Virus record (IMG/VR): IMGVR_UViG_3300010366_000012
Span: 1-64,000 of that record
DNA from: a virus
Taxonomy: Duplodnaviria; Caudoviricetes
Length of the DNA stretch: 64,000 nt
Direction: 5' to 3' (one strand)
The position numbers were made by a program, and so were the translations under genes. Of this stretch, positions 16,359 through 25,685 are shown in pieces. How positions within the stretch are numbered: position 1 is the first letter of the stretch; each line of letters opens with the position of its first letter. Below the pieces are notes generated by a model that worked only from the letters and a program-made list of their open reading frames with translations, was not told where the DNA came from and did no database searches.

Positions 16359-19300
16359 CCAGGTTGACCTGGCAGCCTGGACGCACGAGCGCCGGGTGCC
16401 CAAGGGCATGCCTGGCGCTGGGCGGTGGATCAGGGGCGGGCCGGGCATCTTCCGGGTGGCCGGGTTCGAGCCGGGCGTGGCCAAGCCCGAGGTGGGCGAC
16501 AAGGTGGTGGGGGAGGGGCCTGGCGATCTCCCCGGCCTGCTGCTCGGGCACGTGGTGGCACGGGTGGGCCTGGTGGCCGCGGTGGACGCCGACGACGGGC
16601 ACCGCTACCAGTTCGACTGGACGAGCGGCAAGGTGGTCGGGGACCGCGTGCCACTGTCGCGGGCGATGCCCGCCGAGCAGCTGCGCCAGGCGGGCCAGCA
16701 CGAGGCGGCATTGCGCGAGCGGCAGCACAACTTCCGCAGGCAGGCCAACGCCACCTGGACGGTAGATGAGAAGGGCTCGATCGTCCACCACGCGCATGCG
16801 CCGCAATCCCTGGTGGACCGGGTGTCAAGGTTCCGCGCCAAGATCCGCGCGCAGGCTGGGGCTGACGTCAGCCCGCCCCCTCATCACGCCCCCGGTGTCT
16901 CGGCGGGTGTGCGGGCGCTCCGGCAGGCCCGCGAGCGGGAGAAGGCCGCGATCATTTCGGTGGAGCGTGACCCGCATCCGCCCAACCCGCTCGCGCCGTG
17001 GCTGGTGAAGGCCGCGGACCTCAGCGAGTGGCACGTCGATGACCGCGAGGCGGGCCGCCTGCACAAGATGCTCCGCGAGCGCGAGGGCCTGCACTACACC
17101 GCCCCGGGCACTGAGATCGCCCCCGGCGTCAAGCAGTACATGCTGCCGGGCACCGAGAAGCTGCAGCCCACCACCGAGTACGGCCAGAACAGCCCCCCGG
17201 TGAAAGAGCTGCGCTCGGTGATCACGCTGGGCGAGCTGGAGCGGGCCAAGATGCTGCCCGAGGACCAGCCCGAGCAGGGCATCCAGGGCGTGACCCGCAT
17301 CCTCACCCTGCCGGACTACGGCGAGGGCGTGCGGAAGGTCGTGGTCAAGGACCAGGCCCCGGAGCGCAACGACCGCGAAGAGCTGTCCTACTACGTCAGC
17401 CAGGCGCTCGGCGGCGGGTCCGGCCTGCCCACGGTGGTGCGCTACCCGGGCAACCCGGGCCGGATCGTGGAAGATGTGGTGCCCGGACGGCCTGCCGCCC
17501 GCTATGCGATGGATGCAGTGACCCCGGGCGGCGACTGGGGGCCGAATTACGACGAGCAGAGCGTGCTGGACGAGATCGCCTACAGCCCGACCGGCCAGGA
17601 GATCGGGCTGCTGGACTACCTGACCGGCAACTATGACCGGCACGACTACAACTACCTGATTGACGAGCAGGGCGTCCCGCACCCGATTGACATGGGCATG
17701 GCGCAGTTCGACGGCGGCACTGATAGCCCGTTCTGGGAGGGCGAAGAGGGCCAGGTGCCCGCCGAGGTGGTCGATGAATGGGCAGCCGAGCTGGCGAAGA
17801 TCGAGCCCGAGTTCCGCCGCCTCGGGCATGAGGACTGGTACGTGGTGATGATGGATGCCCTGTCCCGCCTGGCCGAGTCCAGCGAGTATTCGATCGGTGC
17901 GCAGCTCGGCGTGATCGAGCTGACCCGCAGCCCGGCCTGGCTGCACGAGCTGCGCATCCCCAAGGGCAGGCCGCACGCCGGGGAGTGGGTTCATTCCCCG
18001 TCCGATGTGCCGGGCAAGGGCCTGGACCGCTACAAGATGCCCCCGCACTCCCGGCTGCTCAACCCCCGGGCCGACGTCGAAGATCCGGCCGATTACCCAT
18101 TCTTCAAGAAGCACCCGGTCAGCGTGCAGAACGTGCTCGATGCCTACGACGCGGTGCCCGAGCAGACGCGCAAGGAGGGCATGAAGTGGTACTCCGACGC
18201 GCACCTGCTGGCCAGGGCGATCGGGATGCTCGGCGGCGGTCACGGGGATGACAGGCAGAACGCCGAGCTGGGCGCGATCCTGCTGGGCAACTACAGCAGC
18301 TCGGCTAACTGGCCGATCAACATGTTCCGCGCGGCGCGGGCGTCGGATGAGAACAAGCCGATCGCCAAGGGCGACGGGTATGTGTCCCAGGACCAGGTGA
18401 AGAAGGCCCAGAAGGCCCTGGACGGCATGAGCATTGATGACGTCCTGATCAGCCCCAAGACACGCAGCTTCGCCCACCTGCTGGCCACGGGCGATGACTC
18501 ACCCGACGACCCCTACGGGCACGTGGTGATCGACGCGCATGCGCTGAACGTGGCGATGGGCGGCGGGGAGCGCGGGCTGACCTACGTCCGGGGCAAGAAG
18601 CAGCAGGAGCTGCCGCCCGAGGACACCCCGCCGCTCGATGACGCCCGCGCGCACGAGTATGTCGGGGACATGTACCGGGAGGCCGCCCGGATCATCAGCA
18701 AGCGGGACGGGCAGCTGATCACCCCCTACCAGGTGCAGGCGGTCACCTGGGTCCAGCAGGTGCTGGCCAACATGGCCCTGGACAAGGCGGAAATGGAGGG
18801 CGCTGAGGGTGGCGTGCTGGGCCGGGCCAAGGGCCGGTTGTCGGCCAAGGCCAAGGACTGGCAGCGCTGGCTGGCCTATGCCAAGGCACACAATCTGCAG
18901 CTGGTGCCCGGCGTGTCGGCGCTGGCGCACGAGGCGATGATGGCGCAGCTGATCGAGCTGATCGGGGAGGACGCCATCTACAGCCAGGTGATCGAGCTGG
19001 ACTTCAACCCGGGCCAGCCGCGCGGGCCGGACGGGAAGTGGATCAAGATTGGGGGGCTCACGGCGCTCGACCCGTTCTACAACGAGCTGCCCGAGTCCGG
19101 GCACCGCGGCACCGTCCGGGTCAAGGGCACGCTCGGGCCGGGCGGGCTGGGCCGCGAGCGCGAGGACGCCGAGCGGCTGGCTGCCTACCGCGAGCAGCAG
19201 TACCAGGCGACGAAGGTGCAACGGCAGCGGCAGCACGCCTACCCGGAGATCGGGCCGGAGAATGCCCGGGGCAACAGCAGGCCGGTCAGCCCCGAAGAGT

Positions 19301-19929
19301 TCCAGCACCTCGCCTCGCTCGGCAACCAGTGGATCGACCAGGCCAAAGATCACCGCGCCCCGATCATCGGCCTCGAAGGCCCGGAGTGGGATGCAGTCAA
19401 GGCGCGCAGCTACGGCGAGGTGACCAAGAGCTGGGGCGGCGCGACGATCGACACCGACACCGGCAAGCCGCTGGCCCATGATGCTGACGTGTACGCAATC
19501 AGCGTCAAGCCCCGCGGGATGTACACCGTCTCGGTCCCCGAGTCGGCCACGGCCGAAGAGTTCGGCCGGGCGATGGACCGGGCCAAGGAGCTGTTCCGCC
19601 CGGCGCTGGAGCGGCGCGGATTCTACCTCGGCGTGTTCCACGACGATGACGAGGGCCGGATCGACATCGACCCGGTGGCCATCGTGGACTCGATCCCGCT
19701 GGTCGAGCAGGTCGGCGCGTACACCCGGGCGATTGGCGGCGCATACCATTTCAAGAGCGGCGACGGGTTCTGGCCGCCGCACGTCGAGCAGGGCGCGAGC
19801 ATGGCAGACGACGACACTCACTTCGAGCACGGGTATGCCCAGTGGCACACCCAGGCGGTGGCCGTGCAGGAGCCCGAGCCGGACGAGCCGGGCATCGCGG
19901 AGCAGCTGGGCGAAATCGGGCAGATGTAA
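16345..19929 (+). CDS. Large modular head-region polyprotein (1194 aa): HipA/PI3K-like kinase, HhH-glycosylase-like domain and an unknown domain
   Basis: Kinase at ~17270-17890 (VVVKD, EELSYYVSQAL, LLDYLTGNYDRHDYNYLI, IDMG); domain at ~18120-18770 (GMKWYSDA...SPKTRSF...VVIDAHA...QVQAVTWV); domain at ~19240-19800 (GGATIDTDTG...YLGVFHD); FNPGQPRGPDGKW linker. Confidence 0.8.
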   Translation: MNISDQVDLAAWTHERRVPKGMPGAGRWIRGGPGIFRVAGFEPGVAKPEVGDKVVGEGPGDLPGLLLGHVVARVGLVAAVDADDGHRYQFDWTSGKVVGDRVPLSRAMPAEQLRQAGQHEAALRERQHNFRRQANATWTVDEKGSIVHHAHAPQSLVDRVSRFRAKIRAQAGADVSPPPHHAPGVSAGVRALRQAREREKAAIISVERDPHPPNPLAPWLVKAADLSEWHVDDREAGRLHKMLREREGLHYTAPGTEIAPGVKQYMLPGTEKLQPTTEYGQNSPPVKELRSVITLGELERAKMLPEDQPEQGIQGVTRILTLPDYGEGVRKVVVKDQAPERNDREELSYYVSQALGGGSGLPTVVRYPGNPGRIVEDVVPGRPAARYAMDAVTPGGDWGPNYDEQSVLDEIAYSPTGQEIGLLDYLTGNYDRHDYNYLIDEQGVPHPIDMGMAQFDGGTDSPFWEGEEGQVPAEVVDEWAAELAKIEPEFRRLGHEDWYVVMMDALSRLAESSEYSIGAQLGVIELTRSPAWLHELRIPKGRPHAGEWVHSPSDVPGKGLDRYKMPPHSRLLNPRADVEDPADYPFFKKHPVSVQNVLDAYDAVPEQTRKEGMKWYSDAHLLARAIGMLGGGHGDDRQNAELGAILLGNYSSSANWPINMFRAARASDENKPIAKGDGYVSQDQVKKAQKALDGMSIDDVLISPKTRSFAHLLATGDDSPDDPYGHVVIDAHALNVAMGGGERGLTYVRGKKQQELPPEDTPPLDDARAHEYVGDMYREAARIISKRDGQLITPYQVQAVTWVQQVLANMALDKAEMEGAEGGVLGRAKGRLSAKAKDWQRWLAYAKAHNLQLVPGVSALAHEAMMAQLIELIGEDAIYSQVIELDFNPGQPRGPDGKWIKIGGLTALDPFYNELPESGHRGTVRVKGTLGPGGLGREREDAERLAAYREQQYQATKVQRQRQHAYPEIGPENARGNSRPVSPEEFQHLASLGNQWIDQAKDHRAPIIGLEGPEWDAVKARSYGEVTKSWGGATIDTDTGKPLAHDADVYAISVKPRGMYTVSVPESATAEEFGRAMDRAKELFRPALERRGFYLGVFHDDDEGRIDIDPVAIVDSIPLVEQVGAYTRAIGGAYHFKSGDGFWPPHVEQGASMADDDTHFEHGYAQWHTQAVAVQEPEPDEPGIAEQLGEIGQM

Positions 19930-20073
19930 GTACAGGTAACAGCTGTAAGTACAGGCACTTAATCCCCGGATGCCCTATCCGCCACGCCTTTCCAGCGCGT
20001 AGCATGCCGAGCTAGACGAGTCTGGCGCGCATGTCCCCGCGCGTGCCGGTCCATTAGTGACCGGAGGCGGGGA

Positions 20074-21519
20074 GTGACGTCCCCCGTTGTTGATCTTGTT
20101 GGCCCCGGGCTGACCTCTCTGTGCGCTGACTGCGCTGCAGTTGAGCTGGCTGCTGGCGGGCCGCACGGGTTCAAGCACGGCTGGGTCTGTGTCGATCCCG
20201 CCAAGTGCGGGCACCGCGGCGTCAGCGGGCGCGCTCACACCTCGCGGCTGGTCGCCCGCGACGTCCGCGGGCAGCGCGCCCGGCTGAAGAATGCCTCCCC
20301 CTCCCTGGCGGCCAACCGGGCCACGGCGGCGCTGAAGGGCAAGCGGGGCTCGGACTACCAGCACCTGGCCGCCGCCCGACTGCACGCGGCTGCGGCCAGG
20401 TCAGCCAGCTCGCCGGAGCTGAGGGCGCACCACGACCGGATGGCCAAGATGCACCGGGGCATCGCGGTGCGCACTCCCGGCCGGATGACCGGCGCACCGA
20501 AGCGGGACAGCGCGGGCCGCCAGCTCGGCAAGAACGCGCAGGGCGAAACGACCCGCACGATGCCGGACTTCTCGGGCCGGGGCAAAGGCCCCCCGGAGTT
20601 CGAGGCCGGGCGCAGGGCATCGCAGCAGGGCAAGGGTCCATTCCGCACGCCCCGGCCGCTGCCGTGGCCGGGCAACAAGCGCACGCCCCGGCCGCTACCG
20701 TCCTACAGCAAGCCGATTGGCCCCAACATGGGACAGCTGGGCAAGGCTGCCAAGGGCAGCAACAGGAACCTGTCCAAGGCGAACCGGGCCACGGCGTATG
20801 CGGCCGGGCACGCGCTGCCGCCGCCGAGCAAGGGCGCACCGCACGGCTTCCCGGTGACCAGCCCCAAGTCCTGGGAGGACGCCCGCAGGGCGGTCGGCCG
20901 GGTCAAGTCACCGGCCCGGCGCGCTCAGCTGAAGGCGCTGCTGCGCCGCACTGCTGCCCAGTACGGCAAGACCAAGGCGCTGAAGGCGTCCTGGGCGGCA
21001 GCCAACACACTCCCCGGACTGGAGCTTGCCGTGCCTGCATCCCTGGCTGTGACCAGCCCCTACGACGTCATGATCACCCGGGCGCAGGACGGCAGCTCTG
21101 CAGTGATACGGCACCGCCGCGGCGGGGCTGAGATCGGGACGATCAAGAGCACCCCCGAGGGCTGGGTCGCGGTCGCTGGCGGGAAGGATCTGGCCCCGCA
21201 CACCCGCCAGCGCGCCGCGCTTCTGGAGCTGATCGGGACGCACAACCGGGCCAGCGGGACGCCCTACCACCGGCCGACCGAGCCGCTGCAGCCTAAGCCC
21301 GAGCAGACCGAGCTGATGCGCCAGTACGGCATCCCCGCGATCCGCGCGATGGCCACGCCCTCGGCCGGTGCCGACGACGGACCCCGGGTCACCACGAACG
21401 GGCTGAGCCCCCGGGGCACGGCGATCTACAAGAAGCTGCGCAGCCGGAACTTCCCGCACGAGCGGGCGCACGCCTTCGCCCGGAGGGCGCAGAACAAGAT
21501 CCGGGGGCGGGGCAAGTGA
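20074..21519 (+). CDS. Basic modular head-region protein containing a DUF6582-like module
   Basis: Module ANRATAYAAGHA...GFPVTSPKSWEDARRAVGR...RRTAAQYG...W; same ELA-type headers; directly upstream of the protease. Confidence 0.75.
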   Translation: MTSPVVDLVGPGLTSLCADCAAVELAAGGPHGFKHGWVCVDPAKCGHRGVSGRAHTSRLVARDVRGQRARLKNASPSLAANRATAALKGKRGSDYQHLAAARLHAAAARSASSPELRAHHDRMAKMHRGIAVRTPGRMTGAPKRDSAGRQLGKNAQGETTRTMPDFSGRGKGPPEFEAGRRASQQGKGPFRTPRPLPWPGNKRTPRPLPSYSKPIGPNMGQLGKAAKGSNRNLSKANRATAYAAGHALPPPSKGAPHGFPVTSPKSWEDARRAVGRVKSPARRAQLKALLRRTAAQYGKTKALKASWAAANTLPGLELAVPASLAVTSPYDVMITRAQDGSSAVIRHRRGGAEIGTIKSTPEGWVAVAGGKDLAPHTRQRAALLELIGTHNRASGTPYHRPTEPLQPKPEQTELMRQYGIPAIRAMATPSAGADDGPRVTTNGLSPRGTAIYKKLRSRNFPHERAHAFARRAQNKIRGRGK

Positions 21520-22715
21520 GCGTAGCGGTCCTGACCCCGTTCACCGGGGATGACGGGACACAGGCCAGCGGTCGCTGGCGGAAGAAACTGCTGCCCATCG
21601 GGGAGATCAACTACAAGGGCCGGGTGCTGAAGTTCACCCGCGACTACCTGGCCGGGCTGGTGGACTCCTTCCAGCGCCGTGCCTACGACCAGGTGCCGTT
21701 CCAGCTGGCTGATTCGGCCAACACGCACACGAATGATGTGGAGCGCACCGGGGGCCAGATCACCGACATGTCCCTGGAGCCAGACGGGCTCTGGATCGAG
21801 CTGCAGCCCACCGAGCGCGGCGCGCGGGTGCTGGCTGACAACCCCGGTGTCGGCGTGTCCGCCCGGATTGTCGAGCAGTACGAGCGCTCGGACGGCGAGC
21901 ACTTTCCCCGCGCGGTGCAGCACGTGCTCTGCACGCTGGACCCCCGCATCCCCGGCATGGGCGGCTGGGAAGCCGTCGCAGCCTCCAACGATGCCGCAGA
22001 GATCACGATCGACCTCTCCGGCGAGCACTTCACAGGAACGGAGATCTCCATGCCGGAGCTGACTAAGGACCAGCAGGACAAGCTGGCCCAGCTGCTGGAC
22101 CTGGACCCCGCCAAGCTGGCTGCGCTGGTGGCCAGCCAGGAGGGCGGCGGGATCAGCCCTGAGGCCGTCGCGGCGCTGGACGGTGACGCCGACGCCGACG
22201 ACGCGGAGGCAGCCGAGGTGGCCAGGTGGATCGACGGGCTGACCGATGACCAGCTGGCCGAGCTGGAAGCCGAGCTGGAAGCCGAGGATGGCGAGCGCGA
22301 GCCCGAGCCCGCGGCGCTGTCTGGCGAGGACGCCTCCGCGGTGGAGCTGGCCCAGGCCACGGGTGACGAGGCGCTGCGGCAGCTGGCGATCGTCAACGGC
22401 CAGCTGGACAGCGAGCGGTGGCAGAACGAGCGCCGCAAGCTGGTGGCTGCGGGCACCCCGCCGTTCATCGCGGACCTGGCCCAGCCACTGCTGGAGGGCG
22501 CGGGCCACGTGGTGGACCTGGCCAACGGCAAGTCCGTGGACGCCGGGCTGATCGTCCGCAAGATCCTCACCGAGTTCCAGAAGCTCGGCCAGCAGCTCGG
22601 CCTCGGCATCGAGCTGGGCACCGAGGCGGACGAGCCGGAGGACACCACCGTCGAGGACTCCCGCAACGACGTGGTGACCCGGGCCAAGGCGCAGCTGTTT
22701 GGCATCCGCTCATGA
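21516..22715 (+). CDS. Mu gpI-like prohead protease / scaffold fusion
   Basis: N-terminal KLLPIGEINY...VPFQLAD...H...G...L...GLW...GVSARI...HVLCTLDPRIPGM; acidic coiled-coil C-terminal half. Confidence 0.88.
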   Translation: MSVAVLTPFTGDDGTQASGRWRKKLLPIGEINYKGRVLKFTRDYLAGLVDSFQRRAYDQVPFQLADSANTHTNDVERTGGQITDMSLEPDGLWIELQPTERGARVLADNPGVGVSARIVEQYERSDGEHFPRAVQHVLCTLDPRIPGMGGWEAVAASNDAAEITIDLSGEHFTGTEISMPELTKDQQDKLAQLLDLDPAKLAALVASQEGGGISPEAVAALDGDADADDAEAAEVARWIDGLTDDQLAELEAELEAEDGEREPEPAALSGEDASAVELAQATGDEALRQLAIVNGQLDSERWQNERRKLVAAGTPPFIADLAQPLLEGAGHVVDLANGKSVDAGLIVRKILTEFQKLGQQLGLGIELGTEADEPEDTTVEDSRNDVVTRAKAQLFGIRS

Positions 22716-22915
22716 GCCGCCAGGTGATCACCAAGACGGTGACGATCGCCGGGTCCGGCTATGCCAGCCCGGCCCGGCTGCTCGTGGCCGGGACGGTGGT
22801 CGAGCTGTCGGCTGCCGAGCAGGCCGCCGTCACTGGCGCAGGCGGCACGTTCCGCGCCACCAGTTACCGCGACCAGTGCGCGCTCAACTACGGCGTCACC
22901 AATTCAAGCGGCTAG
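22712..22915 (+). CDS. Small head-region protein
   Basis: ATGA overlap with the protease stop; 67 aa. Confidence 0.7.
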   Translation: MSRQVITKTVTIAGSGYASPARLLVAGTVVELSAAEQAAVTGAGGTFRATSYRDQCALNYGVTNSSG

Positions 22916-22927
22916 GAGGCCAGCACA

Positions 22928-23425
22928 ATGACCGCGGTTCTCCCGCACTACAAGGAAGGACCAGCCTCATACCAGGTCAGTGCGCTGATCTTCGGTGGCC
23001 AGCTGGTCGAGAACACGACGCAGACCGCGGGCACGACCGACCTGACGGTCAAGCCCTGCGTGGCCGCGTCGGTCCACTGCCTCGGGGTGGCAGGCAAGGA
23101 CGGCAACGTGCTGTCTAGCCAGATCCCCCCGGCAACCAACACTTACGGCGAGCCCCAGCTGGACATCAGCGTGCTGGACGACTTCATCAGCGTCTATCAC
23201 GGCCCGGTGGACATCTGGGTGTGGTACTCCGCTGCCTGCACGCCGGGGATCAAGCTGCTCTGCACCGCCAACGGCTGCGTCGGCCCGGCCGGTGCGGGGC
23301 CAGCGGCTGACCAGGTGGTCGGCATTTGCACTCATCCAGGCGGCGTAGCTGCCGCGCAGCTCACCCAGCAGATCGGCGGGCTAGGAGCCAGCAGCTTCTT
23401 CCTGGGCCGAGCCCGGATCTTCTGA
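22928..23425 (+). CDS. Capsid decoration/cement protein (DUF2190-like)
   Basis: Lies between scaffold and MCP; beta-rich, Gly/Ala-rich 165 aa; GGAGG RBS. Confidence 0.7.
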   Translation: MTAVLPHYKEGPASYQVSALIFGGQLVENTTQTAGTTDLTVKPCVAASVHCLGVAGKDGNVLSSQIPPATNTYGEPQLDISVLDDFISVYHGPVDIWVWYSAACTPGIKLLCTANGCVGPAGAGPAADQVVGICTHPGGVAAAQLTQQIGGLGASSFFLGRARIF

Positions 23426-23438
23426 AAGGAGCTGACCG

Positions 23439-24350
23439 ATGCCGGTCGCAGCACGCGGGTACAGCGATGGCCCCAGAGTCACTGTCAACGAGCTGATCAA
23501 AGATCCGCTGACGATCCCGCAGCTGATCTTGGATCTGTCGCAGAACGAGTTCATCGTGGACTCCGTTCTGCGCAACGGCGGCAACACGCCGAGCGGCGCG
23601 GTGCGCTACAGCGAGAGCACGCCGCTGTACGCCGACGACTTCCCCGAGATCCGCGCCGAGTTCGCTGAGGTGCCGATCGTCCCGACGTCCATCGGCGTCC
23701 CCCGCGTGGTGTTCAGCCACGAGCGGGCCATGGCGATCATGGTCAGCGACGAAATGCGCCGCCGTCAGGTTGTCGATCCGGTAACCAGGCAGCTACTCCA
23801 AGTCAAAAACACGATGGTCTATTCGTGGAACACGGCTTTCTACAGCGCCGTGGTGGCGAATGCGTCCATTCAGACATTGGCGGTGGCAAACACCTGGGCA
23901 TCGGCGGCAGCGACCATTCGTGCCGACCTCGCGCAAGCCTGCTACCTGGTGGAGAACGCCTCAACAACGGCTCCATCCGGGCTGACACAATGGCTCAGCT
24001 TCGAGGCCGATACCTTGATCATCAACCACGGGACAAAGAACACGCTTTTGCAGAGCAATACGTTTGCTGCCCCTTATGTGGGTGACATCGCGTCCGAGAA
24101 CTTGCTGTACACGGGCGTGCTGCCACAGAAGATCTTGAACCTCGACGTCATGGTCAGCCGCCAGGTGCCCGCGGGCAACGCGATCGTCATGCAGCGCCAG
24201 CGGTGCGGCTTCTACTCCGACGAGCTGCCCTACACGGCCGGTCCGCTGTACCGCGACGAGCCCCGCAAGACGTGGCGCAGCGACACCCAGCGGGCCAGCG
24301 CGCTCGGGCTCGACCAGCCACTGGCCATCGTCCTGCTCTCGGGAGTCTGA
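23439..24350 (+). CDS. Major capsid protein (HK97 fold)
   Basis: 303 aa; strong RBS AAAGGAG; 'AEFAEVP', 'ALGLDQPLAIVLLSGV' C-terminus; position in the head module. Confidence 0.9.
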   Translation: MPVAARGYSDGPRVTVNELIKDPLTIPQLILDLSQNEFIVDSVLRNGGNTPSGAVRYSESTPLYADDFPEIRAEFAEVPIVPTSIGVPRVVFSHERAMAIMVSDEMRRRQVVDPVTRQLLQVKNTMVYSWNTAFYSAVVANASIQTLAVANTWASAAATIRADLAQACYLVENASTTAPSGLTQWLSFEADTLIINHGTKNTLLQSNTFAAPYVGDIASENLLYTGVLPQKILNLDVMVSRQVPAGNAIVMQRQRCGFYSDELPYTAGPLYRDEPRKTWRSDTQRASALGLDQPLAIVLLSGV

Positions 24351-24778
24351 TGTCTGCCTACCAAGCCCTCGTCAACCTGTCCGTGCCGCGCAAGGGCGAC
24401 CCGGGCAAGGAAACCGACCTGGTGATGGCCGGGGAGACGGTGGACCTGACCGACGACGTGGCCGACCTGTTCCGGCCGCCGAATCGGGCCATGGCCATGA
24501 TCCGCCCGGCTGCAGAGGCTGACCCGCTCCCGAAGATCCACCCCCGGCAGCTCTCAGGGATCAAGGTCAACCCGCGCACCGGAAAGCTGATCGGCGTCCC
24601 GGGTCCGGGCGCGGATGCCCGTGCCGACCCGGAGGGCAGCTCGCAGGTGATCATCACCGAGCCCCCGGAGGCGAACGAGCCGCAGCTGGACAGCGAGAAT
24701 CGGCTGCCCGTGGACGCGGTGGACATCCAGCCGAACCGCGGCAGCCGCCGAGCCCCAGCACGGGCGGGGGCGAAGTGA
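24350..24778 (+). CDS. Hypothetical virion-associated protein
   Basis: TGATG coupling to the MCP gene; 142 aa. Confidence 0.75.
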   Translation: MSAYQALVNLSVPRKGDPGKETDLVMAGETVDLTDDVADLFRPPNRAMAMIRPAAEADPLPKIHPRQLSGIKVNPRTGKLIGVPGPGADARADPEGSSQVIITEPPEANEPQLDSENRLPVDAVDIQPNRGSRRAPARAGAK

Positions 24779-24781
24779 GCC

Positions 24782-25204
24782 ATGGCCGTAGCCGTCCCGA
24801 CTGCGATCCGGCTGAGCTGCCCGCGCTGCCGGACACTGCGGGTGTTCGGGGCGATCGACGGGGCCACGACATTCCGGTGCTCGGCGTGTGAGTGGTACTA
24901 CACGCTGTCCGCAGCCGCACCGACTGGCACCTCGAACGCGGTGCTGGCGGCCGGGGGGACGGCGATCGGGGTGGCCTCCGGTGGCGCATCCTTCACCAAC
25001 GGGATGATCCTGCTTTACGACACCGGCCAGCTCACCGAGGTTCTCACGGTCAACGGCTCAGCCACGGCCACCTCGATCCCCGTGACCGCCGCTTCCCGCG
25101 GGCACAGCTCCGCGGCCACGTTCGGCCAGCTGGCTATCGCCCCGCGCGACAGCGGCATCGGCGTGGGCGATGCGGTGATACCGGCCCCGGGCTGGGGGTT
25201 CTGA
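24782..25204 (+). CDS. Zinc-ribbon plus beta-domain protein
   Basis: CPRC...CSAC at the N-terminus. Confidence 0.75.
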   Translation: MAVAVPTAIRLSCPRCRTLRVFGAIDGATTFRCSACEWYYTLSAAAPTGTSNAVLAAGGTAIGVASGGASFTNGMILLYDTGQLTEVLTVNGSATATSIPVTAASRGHSSAATFGQLAIAPRDSGIGVGDAVIPAPGWGF

Positions 25205-25476
25205 TGGCCATCAACCGCTACGTGGTCACGACCGCCGTCGTTGTGTCCCCCGGTGCCGCGGCAACCGTTGTGGCTGGCGAGCCCGGCACCGGGGGACCGG
25301 CCGGGTTCGGCGGCGCACCGACCACGGGCGGGCCGCTGATGCCGCTCACGCTGAAGCCCAACCAGGTGATCATGCTCGACCCGGCTGGCCCGCTGTACAC
25401 CGCGATCGGCGCGGGCAACCTGCGGGCCTGGGTGGACGGCCAGGACACCGTGGGCCACGCCGGGCTTACCAACTAG
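25204..25476 (+). CDS. Hypothetical virion-region protein
   Basis: TGATG coupling; MAINRYVVTT...; 90 aa. Confidence 0.7.
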   Translation: MAINRYVVTTAVVVSPGAAATVVAGEPGTGGPAGFGGAPTTGGPLMPLTLKPNQVIMLDPAGPLYTAIGAGNLRAWVDGQDTVGHAGLTN

Positions 25477-25487
25477 GAGGTAGGGAC

Positions 25488-25685
25488 GTGGCAGCCAACC
25501 CCCGCATGGTGATCGCCAACGCGGACGTGCCGTGGGACGGCGGGGTGTTCCACGCCAAGGCGGGCACCGTGGTGGACATCCCCGCGGGCCACCCGCTGGA
25601 GGCTGCCTACGGCGGTGTGACCAACCTGCTGCAGCTCGACACCGCCAGCCAGCAGGCGGTGTCAGCGGGGAGCGGGCCTGGGTGA
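25488..25685 (+). CDS. Hypothetical virion-region protein
   Basis: AGGAGG RBS; 65 aa. Confidence 0.7.
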   Translation: MAANPRMVIANADVPWDGGVFHAKAGTVVDIPAGHPLEAAYGGVTNLLQLDTASQQAVSAGSGPG

